Positions 10,506 to 20,293 of a stretch of DNA of 64,000 nucleotides are shown here, one piece after another (the first letter of the stretch is position 1; each line of letters starts with the position of its first letter). Origin of the DNA: an uncultured Gemmatimonadaceae bacterium (lineage in GTDB: Bacteria; Gemmatimonadota; Gemmatimonadetes; Gemmatimonadales; Gemmatimonadaceae). Location of the stretch: assembly GCA_963761305.1 (NCBI GenBank), contig CAVXGK010000002.1, forward strand, positions 1,120,001 to 1,184,000. The letters run 5' to 3'. The notes below the pieces were generated by a model. It was not told the origin of the DNA. It did no database searches and worked only from the letters and a program-made list of their open reading frames with translations. The translations under genes and the position numbers were made by a program.

Positions 10506-11767
10506 TCAACGGCGCCGCACGATCGCGATACGCTGCCCGTCCGGAGACACGTCATACATCGAGTTGACCGCATGATCATATGAAAACTGAAACAGCACCC
10601 GATCGGCGCCGAGGATTGGCAGGCGATCGCCCTGCGACCCGTCGATCGGCACGGCGACGAGCGCGTCGCCGCGCCAGTAGTAGATCTCCCGCCCGTCACC
10701 GCGCCACGCCGGATTCACGCCGCCGTCGCGCGACACCATCACTCGAAGGCCGCGCCGCGGGTACGAATCCACGTAGACCTCCTCGCGTCCCGACTCGTCG
10801 GACGTGTACGCGACCCAGTGTACGTGGGGCGACATCCGTGCCGCCGTCTCCCGCGCGCCCGTCGCGGCAAAGGGTCGCGCCGCCGAGCCATCGGCCGGCT
10901 GCAGGAGAACGTCCAGCTGGTTGGCGCCGGCGTCCTGACTGACGAGAAGCGCGCTGCCGTCGCGCAGCCAATCGGTTGGGAACTGTGTGCCCGGCCGGGA
11001 CACGACGACATGCACGTCGCCACCCACAACGCGCTGCTCCGCGACACCCGTGACGCCCGGCGCATTCATGGAATAGGCGATGACGGTACCGTCGGGGCTC
11101 CACTGCGGATCATTGCTGTCCGCATCATCGTCGGTGAGGCGCTGCGTCGTACCGGCGTCGAGGTCGGTGATCCAGATGTCGCTCGTGCCCCGGCGGTCGC
11201 CGAGCGCGCCATAGGCAATCCGGTGGCCATCCGGTGAGAAGCGCGGCGATGACGCGCGGTTCGCGGCGATGTCGCGCACGACGCGACCGGCGCGATCGAC
11301 GACGACGAGTGACCGCGCGCCGCTCGCTGCGCCGCTCTCGGTGCGCCGTTCGCGCTCGCCTGCCGACGTATCGCCGCGATCGTGCCGCGCCACCGCTCGA
11401 CCGTCGGCGAACGCGAGAGGCTCCAGCCGGTCACGATACCGACGAGGACCGCGGCCGCTGCCGTGTACACCACCAGCTGGGCGGCCACCAGCCGCTTCGG
11501 CTGAGGGGCCACCGGTGGTGATGCGGCGGCCGTCCCCACGGAGCGGCCATGCTCCTCGATCGCCGAGCGCTCGAGGAAGTCCGTGGGGATCGCGTCGTGC
11601 GCGACGAGGAGCGACGACACTTCGTTCCGCAACGCAGCGTCGCCGCCGCAGGCCGTCGCCACGAACGCATCGCGCTGACCACCCGGACATGCGAGCGCGC
11701 CCTGCAACACCCGATCGACCGCGCGCCAGCGCTCGGGCGACATCGTCGCCGGTGCGGGGCTCCTCAT
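10506..11767 (-). pseudogene. ECF-coupled membrane protein: kinase-type N-terminal leader + TM + TolB/PD40 beta-propeller, no kinase domain; frameshift near 11345
   Basis: MSPERWRAVDRVLQGAL...RDAFVATACGGDAALRNEVSSLL in ORF 11066..11809; PD40 repeats (PRFSPDG, PQWSPDG, PAWRGDG, YDVSPDG) in ORF 10506..12083; ATGA overlap with the sigma gene. Confidence 0.75.
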
Positions 11768-12372
11768 CGCTCCAGCTCCCGGCGCAGCCACATCCGTGCG
11801 ATCGCCCATTCACGCCCCGCCGTCGCGAGTGATACGCCGAGCGCTTCGGCGGCTTCGGGCATGCTGAGGCCGGCGAAGTAGCGGAGCTCCACGAGGCGGC
11901 ACTTTTGTGGATCGATCGCGGCGAGACGCGCCAGGGCGTCGTCGAGCGCCAGCAGATCGACCGGATCGAGCGATGGCCGTTCCGACGAAGACGGCCCGTG
12001 CGCGTGCATCTCGCGGTCGATCGTGCCGAGCGCCACTTGTGTGGGCTCGCCGCCGCGCTTGAGCGAATGGCGACGGCGGGCATGGTCCACGAGAATGCGC
12101 CGCATCATCTGTGCGGCGGTGGCGAAGAACTGCGTGCGGCTCTCCCATCGCGTATCGTGCTGCGCATCGAGGCGGAGCCACGCTTCGTGCACGAGCGCCG
12201 TCGTCTGCAGCGTATGCCCTTCCGCTTCACCGCGCAGAACGAGGCTCGCCTGCCGGCGCAGCTCCGCGTAGATCAGCGGCGCGACGGCTTCGCTGGCGTG
12301 CACATCTCCCGCGCCCCAGGCGCGCAGCAGATCCGTGACCTCATTCGCAGCGTGTTCGGGCGTCGTCGTCAA
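11764..12372 (-). CDS. ECF RNA polymerase sigma factor, TIGR02999 / ECF43-like
   Basis: VTDLLRAW, IYAELRRQA, HTLQTTALVHEAWLRL, MRRILVDHAR..KRGG, LDDALARL, VELRYFAGLS..EAAEALGVS; start (TTG 12372) uncertain. Confidence 0.92.
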   Translation of the reverse strand: MTTTPEHAANEVTDLLRAWGAGDVHASEAVAPLIYAELRRQASLVLRGEAEGHTLQTTALVHEAWLRLDAQHDTRWESRTQFFATAAQMMRRILVDHARRRHSLKRGGEPTQVALGTIDREMHAHGPSSSERPSLDPVDLLALDDALARLAAIDPQKCRLVELRYFAGLSMPEAAEALGVSLATAGREWAIARMWLRRELER

Positions 12373-12502
12373 TCGAGTCGAGCTCGGAGCGGACAGAAGT
12401 GAGGCGAGATGCGAAAGGTCAGACAACCCGTGAGTGGGTTTGGTTGAGTTTTGCGCGCTATGGGATGAGGCGCTCGAAGCGCCGCCTCTTCTCACCGGAG
12501 AC

Positions 12503-13018
12503 ATGATGACTACGCGACTCGCCTATCCGACGGTTTCAGCGGTTTCCGCTTTCGCGGGGACGATCGCTCTGGGGCTGGCCCTCGGGCTGGTCGCGTGCGC
12601 GGGACGGTCCCGGCCCACCACGCAGGTGACGAATCAAGGAGGCGTCGACTCGATCGACAACTCGGTGGTTTCCGACTCACGCATGGCCACGATCCAATTT
12701 GAAAATGGGGCGACCGTGCACGTCGACGTGTATATCGCGACGGACCAGTTTCAGTGGAGACTCGGGCGTGTTCCACCTGGAATGCAGGCGAAGCTGCGGA
12801 TTCCGCAGTCGGCGATCGAGTCGACGGTCGGCTTTGTGCAACTGATCGTGATTCCGGGAGCGCAAGTCTCGGCCCTGGCCGCGCGAGATCCACGCGCGGT
12901 GCTGGCGATCGTGCAGCCAATGTCCGCCGTGCTGTCGCAGCGTTGGACCTTTCGGCAGCCGGCAGGGGCGGCGCTACAGCTCGAGGGGACGCGCGTGGCG
13001 GGCGAGCGGCCTTGGTGA
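12503..13018 (+). CDS. Hypothetical lipoprotein
   Basis: GGAG RBS, hydrophobic stretch and lipobox LVAC; divergent from the ECF sigma. Confidence 0.65.
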   Translation: MMTTRLAYPTVSAVSAFAGTIALGLALGLVACAGRSRPTTQVTNQGGVDSIDNSVVSDSRMATIQFENGATVHVDVYIATDQFQWRLGRVPPGMQAKLRIPQSAIESTVGFVQLIVIPGAQVSALAARDPRAVLAIVQPMSAVLSQRWTFRQPAGAALQLEGTRVAGERPW

Positions 13019-13274
13019 GGCGCCCCAGCCGCTCACATCGACGCTCGAGGCCGGATCGCGGAGCCGGAGGTGGCGAGCCAGCTCACGAGACTTTGGTGAT
13101 CCGTGTCGGCTCCGCGCCTCGAACAGAGATCGCACGTCGACATTCGACCTTCGTCCGATAGCGCGGCCGGGTTCGTGCGCGTGCGACGCCCGAGCCACGC
13201 GGAGCGCCCGACCACGTTCGATGCGGCGACGCGAGAGCCATTCGAGAACTCTCAATCGAGACGGAGGCAGGACG

Positions 13275-13997
13275 ATGCAACGTGACATCACTCTGGCAGG
13301 TAGCTGGTTGGGCGCCGCCGTGCGCCGGCGGACGGCCTTGGCGCTGGCGGCGCTCGGCGTCGTCGGCGCGTGCGGCAGCGACAACGACAACACCACCGCG
13401 CCCCTGGTGGCCACGACGATCACAGCTGTTGCGGCCACGAATGCACAGACCGGCGCAGTGGGCAAAGCGCTCGCGCAACCGGTCGGCGTGCTGGTGGTCG
13501 ATCAGAACGGGACGCCGTTCGCGAACGCGACTGTGACTTGGGCGGTGCAAACGGGTGGAGGCAGCGTGGCCTCGGCGACGAGCGTCACGGATGCGACCGG
13601 CACGGCGACGATCGTCTGGACTATGGGCCCCACCGCCGGGACCGACTCGCTCAAGGCCTCGCTCGCCACTGGCGCTGCCATTTTCATCACCGCCACCGCG
13701 ACGACCGGAACGGCGTCAGCGATCAACATCACGAGTGGCGGCACGCAGAGCGTCACTGCCGGATCAACGACGGCCCCCCTCGTCGTACAGGTGGTCGACG
13801 CGAGCACGAACCCGGTCTCGGGGGCGACTGTGACGTGGGTGGTAACCGGCGGGGGAACGCTGAGTGCGGCGACCACGACGACGGATGCAACCGGCAAGAC
13901 TCAAGTGACGCTGACGACTGCCGCGAAGGGCACCTACACCGTGACGGCGACAACCGGCACGCTCACCGCGGTGACCTTCACAATAACGGCGACGTAG
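13275..13997 (+). CDS. Lipoprotein with two bacterial Ig-like (Big_1/invasin-type) domains
   Basis: GGAGG RBS; lipobox VGAC; two copies of V.VVD..G.P...ATVTW.V..GGG......TDATG. Confidence 0.85.
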   Translation: MQRDITLAGSWLGAAVRRRTALALAALGVVGACGSDNDNTTAPLVATTITAVAATNAQTGAVGKALAQPVGVLVVDQNGTPFANATVTWAVQTGGGSVASATSVTDATGTATIVWTMGPTAGTDSLKASLATGAAIFITATATTGTASAINITSGGTQSVTAGSTTAPLVVQVVDASTNPVSGATVTWVVTGGGTLSAATTTTDATGKTQVTLTTAAKGTYTVTATTGTLTAVTFTITAT

Positions 13998-14031
13998 CGG
14001 GCCAGTAGAACCGCACAAGACCAGTGGTTCG

Positions 14032-14400
14032 TTGTGCGTTGTTGGTTCGAGGAGGCGAGTTCCCGCTCATGGCGAATGGTATGAGACGCACGGTGAGAGT
14101 CATGCCGTTCGCCAGAGCGGGAACTCAAAAACGGAGAGCACTCGGTCGTCGCGGCGAGGTTCGCCTCCCAACTCTTCAGTGAACCAAGCGTCGCCCGCGC
14201 CCGCCGTGCCGGTACCGAGGGCGCTCACTAAGCCGCCGACGAAACTCGCAACGAAGCCAGCAGGGGCGGACACCTCGACCTCGGCGGACGACTTCACCGA
14301 TGCCGAAGTCCTCGCAGCGCACAAGGCCGGGAAGCGCACCGACAGGGAGATCACCAACTGGATCGTCACCCAGCGCCGAAAGAAGGTGGGTACGACGTAG
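14032..14400 (+). CDS. Possible hypothetical protein or gene fragment
   Basis: C-terminal half looks protein-like (DDFTDAEVLAAHKAGKRTDREITNWIV); no convincing start. Confidence 0.3.
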   Translation: MCVVGSRRRVPAHGEWYETHGESHAVRQSGNSKTESTRSSRRGSPPNSSVNQASPAPAVPVPRALTKPPTKLATKPAGADTSTSADDFTDAEVLAAHKAGKRTDREITNWIVTQRRKKVGTT

Positions 14401-14481
14401 GCGCAGATGACGGCGGTTCGGTGTGGACGACCGGGGCCAAACCGGCGCAACGCTGTGCGTCAGCCGCGAAACCCGTCCTCA

Positions 14482-15150
14482 TTAGTGGCTTTCGCGCGGG
14501 TAGTACGGTGGGCCGTACGGAAACTGTCGGACGATGCCGTCGGACAATACATCGGCCAACTGCCGTGCTTGACTCAAGCTGCCGTCGGGCGCCGTTTCAT
14601 CGCCGGCCAAGTGCTCGCCTTTTCGATCGATGACGTCCCGCGCACTCAAATCGAAGTATCGGTTGAACAGCGACTCGAGCTCGGTCGGCGACCAATTCGG
14701 ATTCAGTCCGGCAAGGAACCGGGCGATGGTATTCGAGTTGTCGTGCAAGCGCCTCTCCAGTTCCTCTCTGTGGTCGACGTTGCCTGCCTTCACCGCCTGA
14801 ATCAGCGCCGAGCTGATGCCAACCTGCGTCTTGAGCATCGTGGTGAGTGAGGCGCCGGCTGTCTCACCGTAATACGCCCCGATTATTTGACCGATTGCCT
14901 CCTGGTTCCGCTCCAGTCGAACCAGAGCGACGCGCGCGCTACGATCCCCGGCAAAGTCCGCCGCCACATACTGTCGCGTCAAGACGATTTGATCGGACCA
15001 CGCCGTTCGTTCGCTTTGATGGAGGACGGTTACCGGCGCGGACGGCGTCGCCACCGCGAGACTCCCGGCCGCCGAATGTGTGTGTGTGTAAGCGCAACCG
15101 GCGAGGCCGCTCGCAAGCAGAGTGACGGACAGCGGTACGGCTCGACGCAT
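14482..15150 (-). CDS. Hypothetical helical lipoprotein
   Basis: AGGAGG RBS; lipobox LAGC; conserved-looking WSDQIVLTRQY..RLERNQEAIG..YYG..AG..LT..LK and IARFL..LNPNW segments. Confidence 0.75.
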   Translation of the reverse strand: MRRAVPLSVTLLASGLAGCAYTHTHSAAGSLAVATPSAPVTVLHQSERTAWSDQIVLTRQYVAADFAGDRSARVALVRLERNQEAIGQIIGAYYGETAGASLTTMLKTQVGISSALIQAVKAGNVDHREELERRLHDNSNTIARFLAGLNPNWSPTELESLFNRYFDLSARDVIDRKGEHLAGDETAPDGSLSQARQLADVLSDGIVRQFPYGPPYYPRESH

Positions 15151-15613
15151 AACTGGCCTCCTCGGATGTCGGTGAATACGGTGCGGGAGGGCGCATATCT
15201 CGGTCCGGGCGCGCGCGTGTACCGCGGCCAGTCGTGCATACAGGTTCGCCCGCACGACGCTGAGGCCCGTTGCTCAACGTGTATCAACGACCTGAGACCC
15301 TCCTGCCGACAGCCTGGTTAGACGGAGAGATCGTTTATAACGACGACGGCGGACGGCGAAACCCAGTGGTGGCCTGAGAAAACTGGACAGCTAGGATATG
15401 TGGAAACCGGCGCAACTCACCAGAAAGCTCTTCGTCGGCCACTATTCCGCGCCGCCTGTTGCAATGTTCTCCTCGGGGAACGCTCGATCCCAAGGCTCGT
15501 CGCCGGAACTCGTGAGCATGATCTCGCTCACATCGATGAGCGTGGCACTGACGACGGTCAATGGGAGGAAGACGGCGAGCGTTCAGCGTTCGTCAACAGG
15601 TTTGTCACACCGA

Positions 15614-16126
15614 TCACGGACCCTTCGCCGTCACAGTCCGTGCATCGACGATGGCGCGAACCCGCTCGTACACGCCAGCCCGCTGCAATTCATCTATCGG
15701 GACGCGCACCCGTGGCCCCTGCCACGACTGCACGAGCAGCACGCCGTTTTTCTCCAAGGCGTTGAACATGTTCGACCACTTCGCTTCCGCGAAAACGTCG
15801 TCGCCCTTGAGCGAGTACCCTGACTCGGTCAGCACCACATGGACGATCTGCGACGGTTGCTGTACACGCTCGTACCGCTTCCGAAACGCCTCCCCACGCT
15901 TCCGCACGACCCATACAAAGGTCGTGAGTCCGAGTGTCGCCACTCCTAGGGCGATGGTGTACCGCCAGAAGAGACAGCCGATGCCTAACACGCCCAACGT
16001 GGCGACGAGCGGATTGTAGGCAACGCGCCGCGCCGAACGACGAGACGCAATGAGATTCGATTGCGCGTCTCGCGTGTCGTACGACGTTTCAAACCGAAAC
16101 GGCGCGTTGTCGGGCGGCGCTGTCAT
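15614..16126 (-). CDS. YcxB-like membrane protein
   Basis: Two central TM helices, then V.LTESG......EAKWS...ALE....LL C-terminal pattern. Confidence 0.55.
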   Translation of the reverse strand: MTAPPDNAPFRFETSYDTRDAQSNLIASRRSARRVAYNPLVATLGVLGIGCLFWRYTIALGVATLGLTTFVWVVRKRGEAFRKRYERVQQPSQIVHVVLTESGYSLKGDDVFAEAKWSNMFNALEKNGVLLVQSWQGPRVRVPIDELQRAGVYERVRAIVDARTVTAKGP

Positions 16127-16626
16127 CGTCACCGTCAGAGGTTGGATCCGGCTCAAGAATGTGTGAAGGGCGATGAGCAGTCAACATTTGTGTTGGCGAC
16201 AAGCAAACTCAGCGGCGCTCAGTCCCTGTAGATCATGTCCTGCATTAAAGAACTCTTTAACCGCGATTCCTTGTTCCTCGATCCACCTGCGGAGTCGCCT
16301 GAAGTAACGCCAATGCCGCCAGTGGGTTCCGAGACTGAGTGCCGGGTGCCACGCCGCACGAAGCTGGAGCGCTCCCTGACTCGGCGCGGCTCACTACTTG
16401 ACGCAATCGATTCCCGGCGAGAGCCGCGCATAAAGAGGTTCTCAAGCTCGGCGAATTCCCGGTTCAAACTTGCCTGATGCGCTTGCGGCCAGCATCGCCA
16501 GCAGTAGCGAGTCGTGGTGCCGGACGGGATCGTGACCAACGCCCACGCTCGATCCCAACGCTCAAGGCGGCGCCTCATGGGCGCGGCGCACGTGCGGCAG
16601 GACGTCGCGATCTCGTCGCCACGTCG

Positions 16627-19395
16627 CTATGGCGTCACCTTGACCGGCGGGTTCTTCGCGAAGTCGCCGGCCTCGACGGTGATGAGCTTCGACGGGTCGA
16701 AGTACTTGCGGACGGCGGCGTTGATCTGTTCCGGCGTCAGCGCCCGGACGCTCTTCTCGAACGCCGCATCGAAGGCCATCGTGCGGCCGGCGAACGCGAG
16801 ATCAGTGAGCGCGTCCACGAGCTCGTCGTCATTCGCGCGCCGCTGCGACCGTCTATCGAGATATCCCGACTTCGCCGATGCGATTTCGGAGGCCACAAAT
16901 CCCTGCTTCTCCACGCGATCCAGCTCATCCCGGAAGGCCCGCTCTAACCGTTCCACGTTTTGGGGGGCGTAGATCGCCGACATGAAGAGCTGTCCGCTCC
17001 GATCGAACGACGACGCGTTGAAGCTCGACCCAACGCCGTAGCTGATACCCTCCTTCTGCCGGATTCTCGTGGCCAGACGTGAATTCAGGAATCCGCCGCC
17101 GAGCATGAAGTTGGCGAGCATGAGCGCGGGATAGTCTGGATCGTCGTCGCGGATTTGCACCTGCTCCGCAGAGACGTACATCGCGTTCGCTTTGTCGGGC
17201 GTTTCGATCTTGATGCGCGTCGAATCGCTCGGCGCGTAGGTACGAACGAGCCGCGCGAAGGGTGCGGGGCTGCGCCAGTCGCCAAATGCCCGCATGGCCG
17301 CGGTGCGCACGGCGGTCGAGTCGAAGTCACCGGCCACGACGAGGTCCGAGTTCGCCGCGCCGAACAGCGAGGCGTGCAGCGCCTTGACGTCGTCGAGCGT
17401 CACCGCGGTGATTCCCGCGACCTGTTCGCCGACAGTCTCCGTGTACAACGGATGCCCCTTGGGATACGGATAGAGTTTCTGCTCGAGCGCGATCCGCACT
17501 TGGGTCTGCGGCTGCATGCATCCGCTCGAGATCGGCAGCGCGCCGTGAGCTTGTCAGCTCCTCGGGGTACAGGCGACGGTGCGCGAGTCGCCCGATCGCG
17601 AGCATCGGCACGAGATTGGCCCCGTCGTCTCGATAGGCGATGGCCGTGTCGTCCCGCCTCCGACGAAAACTGGCCCTCGAGCCGGTCGAGCGTGTCGTTG
17701 AACTTGTTGGCGCGTCAGCGTCGTCGTGCCGCGCGAGAGCATGCTCGTGAGCAGATTCGAGGAGTCGGCCTTGCCGGTGAGCGATTGTTCGGTGCCGAAT
17801 CGCACCGTGACTTGTGCGACGACTCGTCCACCGCGCGTTTGTTTGGGGAGCAACGTCACGCGCATGCCGCTGGCGAGCGTCGACCGGCGGGTGCGCGCGT
17901 CGATGTTGGCCGGCGACGCGTCGAAGGCCTCGCCCGCCTGAACGATCTCGTGACCACGGTAATCCGAGACGATCGCCGCGACGCTCGCGACGACCGGAAT
18001 CGTCGCGCGGTTGGGCGTGGCCGTCGGAATGAAGAGCCCGAGCGTCCGGTTCGAAGGCTTGAGATACGCCGCGGCCACGCGCTGCACGACGGCCGCGGTG
18101 ACCGCGGCGATGCGGTCGCATTGAGGAAGAACAGCCGTCAGTCGCCCATTGCCGCCCACTCCGTGCGATCGAAATCCGATCTCTTGGGAGTTGTTCAACT
18201 CGAGCTCCATGTCGCGGAGCCGGGCGGTCTTGGCGCGCTTGACCTCCTCGTTCGGTGAACGGCGTAGAGGCCGCGCGGTCGAACGTCCATTTCATGGCCG
18301 CGACGACGGTGTCGGTGCTCTGGCCGGCGCGCAATTGGGCCGCGCCCAGCAGGATCGACGGCTCGCGAAGTTGGAACGCGAACGAAAAGGTGGACGCCGC
18401 CAGCTTCGTGTCGACGAGCGCCTTGTACAGTCGGCCTGACGGATTGTCGTCGAGAATCAGGACAGCAAGTCGACCGCGGTGTAGTCCGGGTGCGATCCGG
18501 CGGGGACGTGGTAAGCCGATCGCCACATGGGCGCATCGCCCGTGAGGCGCACCGTCGTCGTGCGTTCGCCATCCTGCGGGGCTCGACGGTGTAGCGCGCG
18601 AACAGGAGGTTGCCCGCGGCGAGCGACCGCGCCGGCTTGGGGACCGAACCGACAGCCGTTCGATCGTCGCCAGCGTCTTCGCCCCGTCGAACTTGCCGGC
18701 GACGACGAGCAGCGTCGGCTGATAGTAGCGATGATAGAACGCCTGCAGCCGCTCGATCGGCACGTGCTCGATGTCGCTCGCGCGCCGATCGTGTAGCTCC
18801 GTAGTTGTGCCAGAGGTACGCCGTCGACAGCACGCGCTCGACGAGCACTCGGCCTGGATCGTTCTCGCCCGCCTCGAACTCGTTGCGCACGACGGTGAAT
18901 TCGGACTCGAGGTCCTTCTGGCGATGAACTGTTACCATCCGGTCAGCTTCAGCTCCAGTGCCCAGTCGATGTTCGCGTCGGTCGGCGGAACGGTCTCGAA
19001 GTAGTTCGTGCGATCGCACCACGTGGTGCCGTTGGAACGTGCGCCGTGCTCGGTCGAGCTCCTGCGGCACGTTCCGATGGTGCGTCGAGCCTTTGAACAT
19101 CATGTGCTCGAGCAGGTGCGCCATGCCCGTCTCGCCGTAGCCTTCGTGCGCGAGCCGACGAGATACGTGATGTTGATCGTCGCCGTCGGCTTGGTCGCGT
19201 CAGGGAACAAGAGCACGCGAGTCCTTCGGGATGGAGTACGGTGAACCCCTCGACGAAGTTAATTTCGTCGCATGCACGCGAACGGCTGCGTGCACCAGAC
19301 TTCTGCTGCGCGCGGGCTGTCGCTGGAGCGCCAAGGGCACTCGCGGCCGCGAAGAGGCCGATCAGGTTCACGCGCGACGCGACTAGATGGAGCAT
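16627..19395 (-). pseudogene. M16 family zinc peptidase (PqqL/pitrilysin-like), multiply frameshifted
   Basis: Fragments in different frames: signal peptide, G(M)[12 protein letters not shown] (HXXEH), EFTVVRNEFE, LQAFYHRYYQP, GRLYKALVD, GGGFLNSRLATRIRQKEGISYGVGS. Confidence 0.88.
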
Positions 19396-19548
19396 ATTGC
19401 CTCCGAAAGACGTCGGCTGGTGAGAGAGGCAGTCTAACATAGACGGCCGCGACGAATCCGCCACGCCTGCCGTCGAGACGGGCGCAAGCGCGACCGCTCT
19501 TGGACTGTGCCCTGCGAATCATCAGCACCGTGCGCCAGTGCCGAGCCG

Positions 19549-19655
19549 CCCTATCCGGGACGTGCCAGACGCCCCGGGCCGCAGCACTCAGTAGCCTGGC
19601 TCTCGTCGGAAATCGATGCGCGGATCGAGGAGCGAATTAGTGCGGCTCGTGAGGA
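19549..19655 (+). pseudogene. AlpA-family (excisionase/regulator) remnant
   Basis: PYPGRARRPGPQHSVAWLSSEIDARIEERISA resembles the AlpA C-terminal pattern FP.P..lG.rsVaW.esEid.Wi.eri. Confidence 0.5.
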
Positions 19656-19917
19656 AGCCGCTCGGCGCTACGTTCTGTCGCGGCCGCGGCATCAGCGACG
19701 TGTCGAGCGTACAGGCACAGATCCGGCTTAGCGGCCCGCTTAAAGATCCCGACGTGGCGAGTTGCAATCCGCCCAAGAGACATCCAAATGCGCTGATGGG
19801 TCATCGCCGCCTGCGACCGCCGCGACTCGGCGTGGCCGCGATCGGGACGCCCGCGATCGGAGTGAAATCAAGGCACAGTAATGGCACAGTCGCCCAAAAT
19901 ACGCTCCGAGAAACACG

Positions 19918-19947
19918 AGAGGCCAACACTAAAAGTCATTGGCCTCT
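19918..19947 (-). terminator. Hairpin just downstream of tRNA-Ser(GGA)
   Basis: AGAGGCCAA-N12-TTGGCCTCT 9-bp inverted repeat 4 nt past the tRNA 3' end; no strong U tract. Confidence 0.5.
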
Positions 19948-19951
19948 GCAA

Positions 19952-20039
19952 CGGATGGGGTGGGATTCGAACCCACGGTACGGTTTTGCCGTACACACAC
20001 TTTCCAGGCGTGCGCCTTAAACCACTCGGCCACCCATCC
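19952..20039 (-). tRNA. tRNA-Ser (anticodon GGA)
   Basis: GGATGGGTGGCCGAGTGGTTTAAGGCGCACGCCT-GGA-AAGTGTG, long variable arm, GTTCGAATCC T-loop, G discriminator; CCA not encoded. Confidence 0.97.
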
Positions 20040-20053
20040 AAGAACGACGCAAG

Positions 20054-20293
20054 CTAGTTGATCGCAGCGACTTGGAGAAGTTCCCCGCTGGATGCCAACT
20101 CGAACGTTCGTCGCGCGTGGAACACGATCGCCGAGGCGCCAGGAATTCCTGGAGGCGCGATCCACCTTGCGGGCGCCGCGCCCGAGAAAACCCGCACTTG
20201 TCCCCGTGCGATCGCCGGCGCGGCCGACACGGCGACCGCCGTGAGCAAACAACTGAAGACAGAGGCGAGTGCAGCCGAATCGCGGCATCTCAT
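20054..20293 (-). pseudogene. Truncated secreted protein, resembling an alpha-L-rhamnosidase (GH78) N-terminus
   Basis: Signal peptide then ARWIAPPG......VFHARRTFEL; stops after 79 aa just upstream of the tRNA; ATGA-coupled to the kinase. Confidence 0.45.

Noticed and set aside
16219..16578. ORFs between the YcxB-like gene and the M16 peptidase
   Set aside because: No RBS or recognisable motif; may be decayed DNA but cannot be supported.
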